Shown piece by piece: positions 9,189 through 19,500 of a stretch of DNA of 64,000 nucleotides. The notes under the pieces are model-generated. The model was not told the origin of the DNA. It worked only from the letters and a program-made list of their open reading frames with translations, and made no database searches. The position numbers were made by a program, and so were the translations under genes. This DNA is from Chthoniobacterales bacterium (GTDB lineage Bacteria > Verrucomicrobiota > Verrucomicrobiia > Chthoniobacterales > Chthoniobacteraceae), in the NCBI GenBank assembly GCA_038207335.1, contig JBBQZX010000013.1, positions 32,001 to 96,000 on the forward strand, given 5' to 3'. How positions within the stretch are numbered: the first letter of the stretch is position 1; each line of letters starts with the position of its first letter.

Positions 9189-11948
9189 ATGGCTTCGCTC
9201 AGGTACGGACACTTTCAGGTGGAGACGGATGCGGCGGGGCTGCCGGTCCGGCTAGGCCCCGGCAGCATGGGGACGACGTATCGCGCCCTCGATACGCATC
9301 TGCGGAAAACCGTGGCGCTAAAGGTGATCGACGAGCGGTTCCTCGCGAACCCCACAAGCCGCCGCCGCTTTTTCAACGAAGCGCGCACTGCCGCGCAGCT
9401 TGAGCATCCGAATATCGCGCGCGTTCTCTACCTCTGTCCGGAGGACGCGAAAACGTGCTTTTTCGCGATGGAGCTGGTCGATGGCGAGACGCTGGGTGAG
9501 CGCGTCGCGCGGCTTGGTCCGTGCTCGGCTTCCGAGGCGCTGGCGCTGCTGCGGCCAGTCGCGGATGCCCTGGCTTGCCTCGGCCGGCACAAGCTCGTGC
9601 ACCGGGATGTGAAGCCCGAAAATATCATGCTCGGGAAAGACCCGCGCGGGAATGTGCGCGTGAAGCTCATCGATTTCGGACTTGCGAAATCGGTCGATGC
9701 GCGAGCGAGCAGCATGGAGCCGGTGGAGAGCGGTGAGACATTTTTTGGAAGTTCGTATTTTGCGAGTCCCGAACAGGTGCGGTCCCGCGAGACGTTGGAT
9801 CACCGGAGCGACTTCTACTCGCTCGGAGCCACACTTTGGCACGCCCTCACGGGAGCTCCGCCGTTCACTGGAGCAACTTTCGAGGTTCATGAAGGGCACG
9901 TGAATCGCCAGCCGCCGTGGGAGAAAATCGGCACTCAGCCGGAGGCTGTGCGCGATCTTTTGAAAGCGCTGCTGGCCAAGGATGCCGCGGCGCGTCCGCG
10001 CGATGCGGCTGAACTCGCACGCCTATGGGATGCAGCCACGGTCGCCGTGGCCGTTGCAGTGCCCGCACCATCTCCAAAGCCTGCGGCGAAGCCAGTGCTG
10101 ACTTCACCGAGCGTCGGCAGTCGGCTGCGATGGAAGCGCGCGGAGGCCGTGCCGCACGGCTGCTCAGCTCCACCATTCTCCGGCTTCCTGGCGCGCGATG
10201 CCGAGACGAATGGGTGGTACTTCATCCGCCCGCTGCCGCCCGCGTTGCCAGAGTCGATTCGCGCGGAGATCGTAGATGGCGCAAGGCGCGCGCTCGACGC
10301 GCCACTGGAGGGGGCGCGACCGGTGCTGGAGGTGCTCGACGAGTGCATCGTCAGCGAATGGCGTCGCGGAGTGAGCCTCGCGCATTTTCTGGCGGTGGCA
10401 GGAAAAGGGCTGACGCTCGAACTCGTCCTTCCGTGGCTGCCGCCGATCGCGGAGGTTTTGGATTTTGCGACCGAGCACAGCCTCGGAGGCATCAGCCTCC
10501 AGCTCTCGAATGTCTGGCTGGAATTCGAGCAGAGTGCCGACGGCCGCGCGCCGCTGGAGATCGCCATGCTGCCGCCGGCGGAGTGGGGGAGGCATAGTGC
10601 GCGCATCGGCCTGCTGGGTGCATTCGATCCGATGCTTGAGTCGCTGGCCGTGCGGGGGATCGTGCCGGAAGCCGCGCCATCCGCCGCGGTCGCAGCCGAG
10701 CCGCTGCCGCATTTTGCGGCTCTTATTTATCGCGTGCTCGGCGGCGACGAATCGCCAACCGGCTCAGCGCTGGAGCCGATTCACGACCTCGACGGCGCGC
10801 GCAATCGCCTCCTCATCGAGACGATCGAAGGCCGTTCACAAATCACCACGGCGCGCGAATGGGTCGCCGCATTTTGCGAGGGGCGGCAACCTCAGCCTAT
10901 CGCAGCCGATCTCGTGCCTACGCCTTTGGAAAAGCGCGTAGCTCCGAGTCGCTGGCCGATTTTGGCGGGCGTCTGCGCGCTGGCTGTGACTTTGTTTTTC
11001 ATGCTGCGCGGCTCGGATGAAAAGCCCGCGCCCGCACCCGACCCCGAGCCCACCCCGCACGCGGACTGGAGAAGTGCAAAGCCGAGCGTGCCGACGCTCG
11101 ACGGTGGTACGCGCGTCGTGGAAAAAAAGCCCGCCGCGCCTGAGCAAGTCGAGATTCTACCCGCTCCAAAAGTCCTTACGCCCGAGTCCGCGCGCCCACC
11201 CGCCGACTTTGTGAACACGCTGGGGATGCGCTTTAAAAGCTGCCGCATCGTCGCCTCCGTCGAAAACGAAGCCATCCTCGTATCCGTCTGGGAAACGCGC
11301 CGCGCCGACTACGCGCCATTCGCGCGCGCCACCGGTCGCCCAATGCCCGCCACTTCCAACACTGGGCCCGCAGCCGGGCTCGATCCCGTCGCGGCGGTCT
11401 CGTGGAATGACTCGCGCGATTTCTGCGCGTGGCTCACTAACGACGAGATCGCCGCCGGGAAACTGGACGCTCACTGGCGCTACCGCCTGCCGACCGACCA
11501 CGAGTGGAGCAGTCTGATAGGCATTGCCGGGATGAACGACGAATGGCCCGGAATCCCGCTCTGGCAAAAGCATTTAAAGCTTCTCGGACGCTACATGTGG
11601 GGCTCCGACTGGCCGCCTCGCGCGCTTATCGGCAACATCGCGGATGTCTCTGCCGCTCGCGCGCACTCCGACTGGAAAACCGTGGGCGGATACGACGATG
11701 GCTTTCCGGAAGTCGCGTCCGTCGGCAGCTTTGCGCCGGATAAAAATGGCATCTTCGACCTCGTTGGAAACGTCATGGAATGGTGTGCGGACACGCCCGA
11801 ATTCGACCCGGGTAACAAAGTGCTCCGCGGCGGTTCGTTCGCGCGCGGAGACCGGCAAACGCTGCTCGCGTGCTTCCGCGTCGCCATGCTTCAAAACGCA
11901 AAGGCGACCGACGCCGGCTTCCGCATCGTCTTGGTGCAGCGAAAATAA
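9189..11948 (+). CDS. Membrane Ser/Thr kinase 2 (kinase, degenerate kinase, TM, FGE-sulfatase domain)
   Basis: GPGSMG, VALK, HRDVKPEN, DFG and SPEQ. TM WPILAGVCALAVTLFFML. YRLPTDHEW, GNVMEW, RGGSF, GFRIV. Confidence 0.92.
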   Translation: MASLRYGHFQVETDAAGLPVRLGPGSMGTTYRALDTHLRKTVALKVIDERFLANPTSRRRFFNEARTAAQLEHPNIARVLYLCPEDAKTCFFAMELVDGETLGERVARLGPCSASEALALLRPVADALACLGRHKLVHRDVKPENIMLGKDPRGNVRVKLIDFGLAKSVDARASSMEPVESGETFFGSSYFASPEQVRSRETLDHRSDFYSLGATLWHALTGAPPFTGATFEVHEGHVNRQPPWEKIGTQPEAVRDLLKALLAKDAAARPRDAAELARLWDAATVAVAVAVPAPSPKPAAKPVLTSPSVGSRLRWKRAEAVPHGCSAPPFSGFLARDAETNGWYFIRPLPPALPESIRAEIVDGARRALDAPLEGARPVLEVLDECIVSEWRRGVSLAHFLAVAGKGLTLELVLPWLPPIAEVLDFATEHSLGGISLQLSNVWLEFEQSADGRAPLEIAMLPPAEWGRHSARIGLLGAFDPMLESLAVRGIVPEAAPSAAVAAEPLPHFAALIYRVLGGDESPTGSALEPIHDLDGARNRLLIETIEGRSQITTAREWVAAFCEGRQPQPIAADLVPTPLEKRVAPSRWPILAGVCALAVTLFFMLRGSDEKPAPAPDPEPTPHADWRSAKPSVPTLDGGTRVVEKKPAAPEQVEILPAPKVLTPESARPPADFVNTLGMRFKSCRIVASVENEAILVSVWETRRADYAPFARATGRPMPATSNTGPAAGLDPVAAVSWNDSRDFCAWLTNDEIAAGKLDAHWRYRLPTDHEWSSLIGIAGMNDEWPGIPLWQKHLKLLGRYMWGSDWPPRALIGNIADVSAARAHSDWKTVGGYDDGFPEVASVGSFAPDKNGIFDLVGNVMEWCADTPEFDPGNKVLRGGSFARGDRQTLLACFRVAMLQNAKATDAGFRIVLVQRK

Positions 11949-12045
11949 CCGGCCCGACCGTCAAGCGCTTCTCGTCTTTTACGGCACCGCCTCCACATTC
12001 GGGATTGCCGCAAGGGTCCGAGGAAAGATAGCGTCCGCGTTCGCT

Positions 12046-15042
12046 ATGGGAGCCAAAGTTTCTCGGTTCGAACATTTCGAGATCCTAAAGGACGATAAGG
12101 GCGAACTTGTGAAGCTCGGTCCGGGCGGGATGGGCACCACTTATCGCGCTTACGACCTGCATCTTCGCAAGCTCGTCGCCCTCAAGATCATTAACGACCG
12201 CACGCTCCCCGACCCGTCTGCGCGCCGCCGTTTTTTTAATGAAGCGCGCGCCGCCGCCTCCATCGATCATCCGAACGTCGCGCGTGTCATTTACCTCTGT
12301 CCCGAAGACGCGGCGGAGTGCTCTTTCGCCATGGAACTCGTCGAGGGCGAAACCCTCGCCCGGCGCATCACAGATCACGGCCCGCTGGCCCCCGGCGAAG
12401 CACTCGTGCTGCTGCGCCCCATCGCCGATGCGCTTATCGCTCTCGGTGCGCGGGCGCTCGTCCATCGAGACATCAAGCCGGAAAACATCATGTCCACGAA
12501 GTCGGCGGAAGGGCAGGGGGAACTGAAGCTCATCGATTTCGGCCTCGCGAAAACGGTCGCCGAAAACTCCAGCATCTTTGAGTCCGTCCACACCGGCGAG
12601 CGCTTCGTTGGGAGCGTTTATTTCGCAAGCCCGGAGCAGATTCGGCCAAAGGAAGGCATCGATTGCCGGAGCGATTTCTATTCGCTCGGCGCCACGCTTT
12701 GGTACGTCGTCACCGGCGCGCCGCCCTTTACGGGCACCGCGTTCGAGGTCCAGGAGGCTCACATTTACAAGGAGCCGCCTTGGGAGAAAATCGCGGATTT
12801 TCCCGAGCCCATCATCGACATCCTCCGCACGCTCCTCGCCAAAGAAGCGGCGGACCGACCGGCCACCGCCACCGCCCTCGTTGCACAGTGGGACGGCGCG
12901 ATCGCCGGCATCGAGAGCTTTCCCACCCGCATCGAGCCCTCGCGCAAAGCTACCTCACCTCCCGCTCCCGTCCCCGCCTCCCCCACCATCCTCTCCAGCG
13001 CACTCCTGCCCGACGAAGCCGCGCTCCCTCCGCACTCCGGCAGCCTCTCGCGCGACCCGACGACCGGCGCGATGCAGTTCGTCCGCCCCATACCGTCCGG
13101 CATCGGTGCCGAGCTGCTCTCCACCCTCACCCGCGCCGCGCAAACCGCCCAGTCCTCACCGCACCCCGGCCTCCTCTCCATCCGCTCTGTCAGCGACACC
13201 TGCATCGTCAGCGACTGGCCCGCCGCCGTCACCGCCGCGCAAATCGCCAAGTGGCACCGCGGAGCCCCCTTCTCGAAGCTCGTATTCCGCTGGCTGCCCG
13301 CCATCGCCGCCGCCATCGACTTCGGACGCGCCCGCGGCCTCGCCCACCTCGGCCTCCAGCCCGAGCGCATCCTCGTCGGTATCGACTTCAGCGCCGGCGG
13401 CTCCCTCCAGGCCATCGACCTCGCCGCGTGGGAAAATGCGCGCGTCTGGCTAGACCCGCTCGCCGGCTTCGATGTCGGGCTCGTCGCCGCAGCCAAGGGT
13501 ACCGAAGCGGGCGGCATCGGACGGCGCGTCCCCGCCTGCACCACCGTGCGCGAATACATCGCCGCACTCGCCCGCTGCATTCGCGACTTCGCGGGCGGCG
13601 GCACCGAGGGCCGGCCCCTCCCTTCCAACGCCTTCAACGAAACCCGCTCCCGGATGCTCTCCGAGGCCATCAACTACCGGTCCAGCGCCTCCTCCGTCGC
13701 CGAATGGGCCGCCGCATTCGCCTCCACCCCTCAACCCGCCAGCGAGCACCCCGCCTCCGCCATCGTCACCCCCGTCATCGCTACTTCCGCGGCCAAGGCC
13801 CCGCCGACTCCCGGCACCCCCGCCGTCCCGAGCCCCGCACCCGCGACTGCTCCTACCTCTTCTCCTGCGGCATCGTCACCTCGGGCGAAAGTCGCGCGGC
13901 GTGGCAATCGCAAATCCCGCAAAATCGGCATCGCCCTCGCCACACTCACCGTTTTGGGGATGCTAGTCGGGGCCGTCTGGATCTTTGTCTTCTCCCCTGA
14001 CCACGAGAGCGAGGAATTCCGCGCCGTCATGGCCTCCGCTGAGACCGCCCTCGCCGCCGGCGACCACGACCGCGCCACCACCCGGGCCAATTCCGCCGCC
14101 CGCATCAACCCCAAGAACAAGCGCCTCCTCGCCCTCATGGAGCGCCTCAAGCCTGCCCCCCCACCTGCCCCGACGCCCCAGCCCATCATCGCGAAAACCG
14201 CCACACCCGCGCCCGTCCGCCCCGCCACCCCCGCCGACGCCACCCTGGCAGCCCCCTTCACCAATGAACTCGGCATGAGATTCGTCCCAGTGAAGATCAC
14301 CGGCCCGGCTGCGGGCGGGCACCCAGTCCTCTTCTCCATCTACGAGACCCGCCTCAAGGAATTCGAGCACTTTGCAAAGAAAGACGCCTGGCAGCGCCAG
14401 TCTTTCCAGATCAGCGGCGACGAACCGGCCGTCAATCTCGTTCCCGCCGACGCCGAGGCCTTCTGCCGCTGGCTGAATAAGCACTACCCACTCCCCGCCA
14501 AATGGGAATACCGCCTCCCCACCGACCACGAGTGGAGCTGCGCCGCCGGCATCGGCACCGATGAAGACACCGAGGCCGCCAACGGCACCCGTCCCCCGGC
14601 GGCGAAGCGCTTCACTTGGGGCGCCACTTGGCCCCCCGACCGCCCCGTCGGCAACTTCGCCGACCAGACCTTCGCCCGCACCGCCGCCGGACGTGAGCAC
14701 CTCGCTGGCTACGACGACGGCTTCGCCGGCACCTCCCCCGCAGGCACATTCCCCCCCAACGACCTCGGCCTCTTCGACCTCCAGGGCAACGCCGCCGAGT
14801 GGTGCTTCGACTCCACCCAATACCGTCTCCGCGGCGGCTCCTACCTCAGCGCCACGAAATCCGAGATCGACCTCACCTCTCGCGGCTTCGGCGAATCCGA
14901 CGCCCGCAAATCCATGAACGGCTTCCGCGTCGTCATCGCCGAAAGCAACGCCGCCTCCCAGCGAGACGGACGCTCCACCAAAATCCAGGGCGCCTTCCCG
15001 CCCACCTCCGCCCCCATGCCACCCTGGATCCTCACGAGGTAA
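12046..15042 (+). CDS. Membrane Ser/Thr kinase 3 (kinase, degenerate kinase, TM, TPR-like helices, FGE-sulfatase domain)
   Basis: GPGGMG, VALK, HRDIKPEN, DFG and SPEQ. TM IGIALATLTVLGMLVGAVWIFVF. FGE motifs as in kinase 1. Confidence 0.92.
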   Translation: MGAKVSRFEHFEILKDDKGELVKLGPGGMGTTYRAYDLHLRKLVALKIINDRTLPDPSARRRFFNEARAAASIDHPNVARVIYLCPEDAAECSFAMELVEGETLARRITDHGPLAPGEALVLLRPIADALIALGARALVHRDIKPENIMSTKSAEGQGELKLIDFGLAKTVAENSSIFESVHTGERFVGSVYFASPEQIRPKEGIDCRSDFYSLGATLWYVVTGAPPFTGTAFEVQEAHIYKEPPWEKIADFPEPIIDILRTLLAKEAADRPATATALVAQWDGAIAGIESFPTRIEPSRKATSPPAPVPASPTILSSALLPDEAALPPHSGSLSRDPTTGAMQFVRPIPSGIGAELLSTLTRAAQTAQSSPHPGLLSIRSVSDTCIVSDWPAAVTAAQIAKWHRGAPFSKLVFRWLPAIAAAIDFGRARGLAHLGLQPERILVGIDFSAGGSLQAIDLAAWENARVWLDPLAGFDVGLVAAAKGTEAGGIGRRVPACTTVREYIAALARCIRDFAGGGTEGRPLPSNAFNETRSRMLSEAINYRSSASSVAEWAAAFASTPQPASEHPASAIVTPVIATSAAKAPPTPGTPAVPSPAPATAPTSSPAASSPRAKVARRGNRKSRKIGIALATLTVLGMLVGAVWIFVFSPDHESEEFRAVMASAETALAAGDHDRATTRANSAARINPKNKRLLALMERLKPAPPPAPTPQPIIAKTATPAPVRPATPADATLAAPFTNELGMRFVPVKITGPAAGGHPVLFSIYETRLKEFEHFAKKDAWQRQSFQISGDEPAVNLVPADAEAFCRWLNKHYPLPAKWEYRLPTDHEWSCAAGIGTDEDTEAANGTRPPAAKRFTWGATWPPDRPVGNFADQTFARTAAGREHLAGYDDGFAGTSPAGTFPPNDLGLFDLQGNAAEWCFDSTQYRLRGGSYLSATKSEIDLTSRGFGESDARKSMNGFRVVIAESNAASQRDGRSTKIQGAFPPTSAPMPPWILTR

Positions 15043-15170
15043 AATCGCACATCTTCTCCCTTGGATGACAGCGTGAAAATCGCGCCTAACACCGGCTGCG
15101 CTGAGCTTGATATCTCTGGCTGTCGGGGCCAGAGTCGGGCAGAGCGGAGCACTCAGAGACGAACGAACTC

Positions 15171-15869
15171 ATGAATAACCATTCCTTACCGACGCGGATA
15201 ATGTTTGCGGCGGCTATGGCTGTCGTGTTTGTCGGGTTCGGTCGAGTGTCGGTGGCGGCGCAGCCTATGGGCGCGCAGCCGTCGAAGACGGCGGCGGATG
15301 AGAAGTGGCGGACTCAATTTCAAGCCCCGAAGACGCCGCCGGGGCAGGGTACGCCTGCGGCGACACCCTCACCGGAGACGGGGAAGGTGACTTACACGCT
15401 GCAAATGCCGAAAGAGCCAACGGAGGAGGAGCGGAAGTTGTTCGACCAGATCGATCATTCGATGCAGGCGGCGATCGGCTTCTACAATCACTACACAAAG
15501 CTGCGGAAGCACCTGACGGTCACCTACAATGCCGGCGTGCCGACGGCGGATGGGAATATCAACGGCTCGATCCGGGTCGGTGGGCAGCGCAATACGCGGG
15601 TGCTGCTCCACGAGATGGGCCACTGCATGGGGGTGGGGCAGCACCACAACTGGGGCAAGCTAATGGTCAATGGCCTCTGGCAGGGAGACCGCGCGAACAA
15701 GCTCCTGCAGGAGCTGACAAACGACCCGAACGCACAGCTCCACGGCGACCGGATGCACTTCTGGCCGTATGGGCTGAACTTCGACAACGAGGTGAAGTCG
15801 GACGAGGACATGATCCGCCATGCAAAGCTCGTGGAGGCGATGGTGAAGGACATGGACGCCGCGAGGTGA
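15171..15869 (+). CDS. Secreted protein with HExxH zinc-metallopeptidase-like motif
   Basis: Signal peptide, VPTADGN and LLHEMGHCMGVG motifs. Confidence 0.75.
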   Translation: MNNHSLPTRIMFAAAMAVVFVGFGRVSVAAQPMGAQPSKTAADEKWRTQFQAPKTPPGQGTPAATPSPETGKVTYTLQMPKEPTEEERKLFDQIDHSMQAAIGFYNHYTKLRKHLTVTYNAGVPTADGNINGSIRVGGQRNTRVLLHEMGHCMGVGQHHNWGKLMVNGLWQGDRANKLLQELTNDPNAQLHGDRMHFWPYGLNFDNEVKSDEDMIRHAKLVEAMVKDMDAAR

Positions 15870-16124
15870 GGGATGGTCGCGGTCTCAAGCCTCGTCTTAC
15901 AGCGTCGGGTTGGGCTTCCACGGCGCAGGAGCAGCCGATAGCGGCAATACCGTCACGCGAGCTGACACGGATTACCAAGTGTCCGGCAGCTCTGTGACTG
16001 GCGGCCACGGGAACATCCCTTAAATCGCCATACTAGGTCGGTAGTTTTGAAAATAGAGGTGGTCGCCCTAAGGGGGAGGTCAATTGATCGCGCGGAGAGG
16101 CAGTTATTTCGTCGGAGATCCCAT

Positions 16125-16285
16125 CTGTGCCGTGCGAGGAGGGTGCTGTACCGACAAAGAACCCCGCTGTACCGTCCGAGGAGGCCGTTGTACCGGGTAC
16201 AGCAGCCTTCTTTGACGGTATAGATGAGATTTTCCCGGTACAGCACCCTTCTCGGACGGTACAGGAGGGTATTTTTACGGTACAG
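16125..16285. repeat. 21-bp-period repeat array arranged as an inverted pair
   Basis: YTGTRCCG cores at 16125, 16146, 16167 and 16188, then reverse-complement GGTAYAG cores at 16196, 16217, 16237, 16258 and 16279. Confidence 0.85.
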
Positions 16286-16541
16286 ATAAGAGTAAATCGC
16301 GCAGAGTGCCACTTTGGCACGCCCCCGTGCCTGCCGCTCCGACGGGTCGGCCTCCGTGTGATGTCCGACCGCGTTCTCTCGCGAAAAACGTGCTCTCACG
16401 ACCCATCGTGGAGAGGCGCTGCCGCGCTTTGGCAGGCATGGCGCGCTGAGCGACACCATCCACCCTAGTCCCGATAGAAAAATGCACGCGAGGCTCACGG
16501 CGCTGTAGCTATTCGTCGGCGTTTAGGCGATAAGCTCGCTC

Positions 16542-19500
16542 ATGATCTCGCGCATCTTTGTCTGGGTGGTGGTTCTCATGATGGTCATTGGATCGTCCAA
16601 GGGGGCGGAGCTCATGGTGCAGGGGGATGTTTTCGATCCGACGAAGACGCTGGAGGTGCGTTTTAGCACGGACATGGTGTCGCGGGATGCGCTGGGCGTG
16701 GCGGTGAAGGAGTCTCCGCTGGTGGTGTCGCCGGAGCTGCCGGGGAAGTGGACCTGGCTGAGCCGGCGGAGCGGGGTTTTCGTGCCGAGTGAGGCGCCGA
16801 GGCTGGGGACGGCGTATCGGCTGGCGCTGCGCGAGGGGCTGGCGGATGCGGCGGGGGAACGGCTGACGCAGAAGATCGATCGGACGCTGAAGACGCCCGC
16901 TTTTGAGATGACGACGGTGCTGCCGGGGGCGAGTCCGGAGGGGAGCATCGGGGCGCAGCAGGAGGTGCGGATGGCGTTCGATGCGGAGGTGAAGCTGGAG
17001 ACGGCGAAGTTCACATTTATCGGCGGCGATGGGCGGTCGGTGCCGGGGGAGGTGCGTTATGCGGTGAAAAGGGACTATTTTAATGTGAAGCCGGAGCAGG
17101 GCGACTGGACGGCGCGGTGGACGGGCGCGAAGCCGGTGGTGGTGGAGCCGGATGACGACGATGACGACGCGCCGGACCCGAAGGCGCAGGCGCCGCTGAA
17201 GGATCGCATCGTGGTGACGCCGCGTGGGGTTTTGACGCCGGGGCTGCCTTGGCGGCTGGAGATGGCGGCGGGGCTGGAGTCGCTGGCAGGCGGATACCGC
17301 ATCGAGAAGCCGCGGACGTTTGGGCTCGGGACGGTGCTGGCTTTCACGCTGAAAAGTGTGGCGACGGCAAGCTACGTGAATGAGGGGCGGAGTGTGACGC
17401 TGGCATTCGAGGGGCGGCTGGCGCCGGATGTGGATGCGGGGACGTTTGAGCGGTTTCTGAAGATCACGCCGGCGGTGCCGGAGCTAAGGTTGGAGGCGGA
17501 TTGGGACAGCACGGTGCTGAAGGGGAAATTCGAGCGGGGGGTGGAGTACACATTGAGGCTGGACCCGTCGCTGTTGTCGTCGGCGGGGCTGCCGGTGAGC
17601 GGGGAGCTGGCGCACAAGTTCACGTTTCAGCCGGTGGTGCCGCGGGTTTATCTGCCGAAGTTCACGGGGCATCAGATCGCGGAGGGACGTCGGGTTTTCG
17701 ATGTGGATTCGGTGAACCTCTCAGCGCTGAAGGTGACGGCGCTGCTGGTGGAGTCGGCGGCGGTGGCGGATGCGATAGAGGCGTTTAAGAAGTATGACCG
17801 GGAGTCGGGGGATGACGGTGCGCAGGATGAGCCGTATCAGGCGCTCGCGCCGGGTGCGTTGAAGGGACGGGTGATTTTCGAGAAGAAGATGGCGCTGCCG
17901 GATGCGGCAATGGATGTGGAGCAGAGGACTTCGCTGGACTGGAATGAGATCCTGGGGGCGCGTCGGACGGGCTGTGTGCTGCTGACGGTGGAGGGGGTGC
18001 CGATGGCGATAGAGGGGGCGCGGACTCCGGCGGCGCAGACGCTGATGCAGCTCACGGACCTGGGTGTGATATGGAAAGTGACGGAAGCCGGGCTGCGGGT
18101 GAATGTCTTCTCGATGGCGACGGGGAAGGCTCTAGCGGGGACGAAGACGGTGCTGCTGGATGAGGATCGGGCGCCGCTGGCAAATGGCGCTTCGGACGCC
18201 GCGGGGGCGGTGGTGCTGCCGGTCGCGGAGAAGATGGCGTGGCTCCGGGTGAGCAGTGGCGCGGATGCGTTCACGATGCGGATGGGGCAGGGGGAAGAGC
18301 TGCCGATGGAGGGCTTTGGCCTGCGCATCTGGTATAATGGCTGGGGCGGGAATGCGGCGGATGCGAAGGATCTGGAGGGGCTGATTTTCACGGATCGACC
18401 GCTGTACCGGCCGGGGGAGAAGGTTCACGTAAAGGGGATGGTGCGTCGGGTGGATGCGGACGGACTGGCGGTGGAGCCGGGCATGGCGGGCGTGGTGAGG
18501 CTGCTGTGGCCGCGGGGGGATCGCTCGACGACGGTGGACATCCGGACGGATGCGCACGGGGCGTTCGATGCGACGCTGGAGTTGGACTCGACTTCGGTGG
18601 GAAGGTTCTCGATGTCGTCGAAAATGGAGGGTTCTCGCGCGGTGTACTCGACATCTTTCCAGGTGGCGGAGTTTCAGCCGAACGCGTTTGAGGTGGCGGT
18701 GGAGATCCCGCCGCGTCTCGCGCCGGGCGATGCGGTGAGCGCGGCGGTGTCGGGGAAGTATTTCTTCGGCTCACCGATCGCGGGCGCGGATGTGAAGTGG
18801 ACGCTGCAAGGCGGGCCGACGTCGTTTGCGCGGGAGGATTACGAGGGGTTCACTTTTATCTCAGATTTGTACAACGGGCTGAAGACTCTGACGCTCCGGG
18901 GGGAGGGGAAGCTGGACGGGAGCACGAAGATTTCGCCGAGACTGCCGGAGGCGGATCACGCGCCGCAACGCGGGACGCTGACGGTAGAGGTGACGGACGT
19001 GAACCAGCAGACGGTGTCGGCACGGAGGGATTTCGTGCGGGATGCGTCGGCGTTTTATCTGGGGCTGGCGATGGGTGATTCGAATGTGCTGCGAGTCGGG
19101 GAGGCGATCACGGGGACTGCGATTGCGGTGACGCCGGAGGGCGAGCCGATGGAGAAGCCGGTGAAGATCAAGGCCGCGCTGGTGCGGGTGGTGGAGCGGA
19201 CGGTGCGGGTGCAAGGGGCGGGCGGCGCGGTGTCGTTCTCATCGAGCACGGAGGAGGTGCCTGTGGAGACGGTGGAGGGGGCGACATTGATGCCGGAGCG
19301 GGTTGGCGAGACGTGGAAGGCGCCGAAGGGCGCGTCTTTTACGATGAAGCCGGTGAAGGCGGGGTCGTATCGGCTGAGCATCTCGTCAGTCGATGCGGGC
19401 GGGCACGCGGTGGCGACGGAGCGCGGATTTTACGTGTCGGGCGAGGCGCAACTGGCGTGGGATTTTCGCAATCCGGCGCAGGTTGATCTGATTGCGGACA

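Noticed and set aside
8823..12045. Extended N-termini in the ORF track for kinases 2 and 3 (likewise the CDF, XylG-like, moaD, mog and HDAC ORFs)
   Set aside because: The extensions overlap neighbouring genes. Homologous sequence begins at downstream starts.
7290..14940. Diversity-generating retroelement targeting the FGE (C-type lectin fold) domains
   Set aside because: No reverse transcriptase or near-identical template repeat is visible in the window, and the paralogue differences are not adenine-specific. Action in trans cannot be excluded.
1..15042. Type VI secretion locus
   Set aside because: Only regulatory-type analogues are present. No sheath, Hcp, VgrG, TssM or ClpV genes were seen.
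15083..15135. Integron attC remnant (GCCTAAC...GCTGAGCTT)
   Set aside because: No complementary GTTAGGC end and no integron integrase.
16315..16330. Sigma-54 promoter (TGGCAC...TGC)
   Set aside because: The GG-to-GC spacing is 11 bp rather than the required 10.
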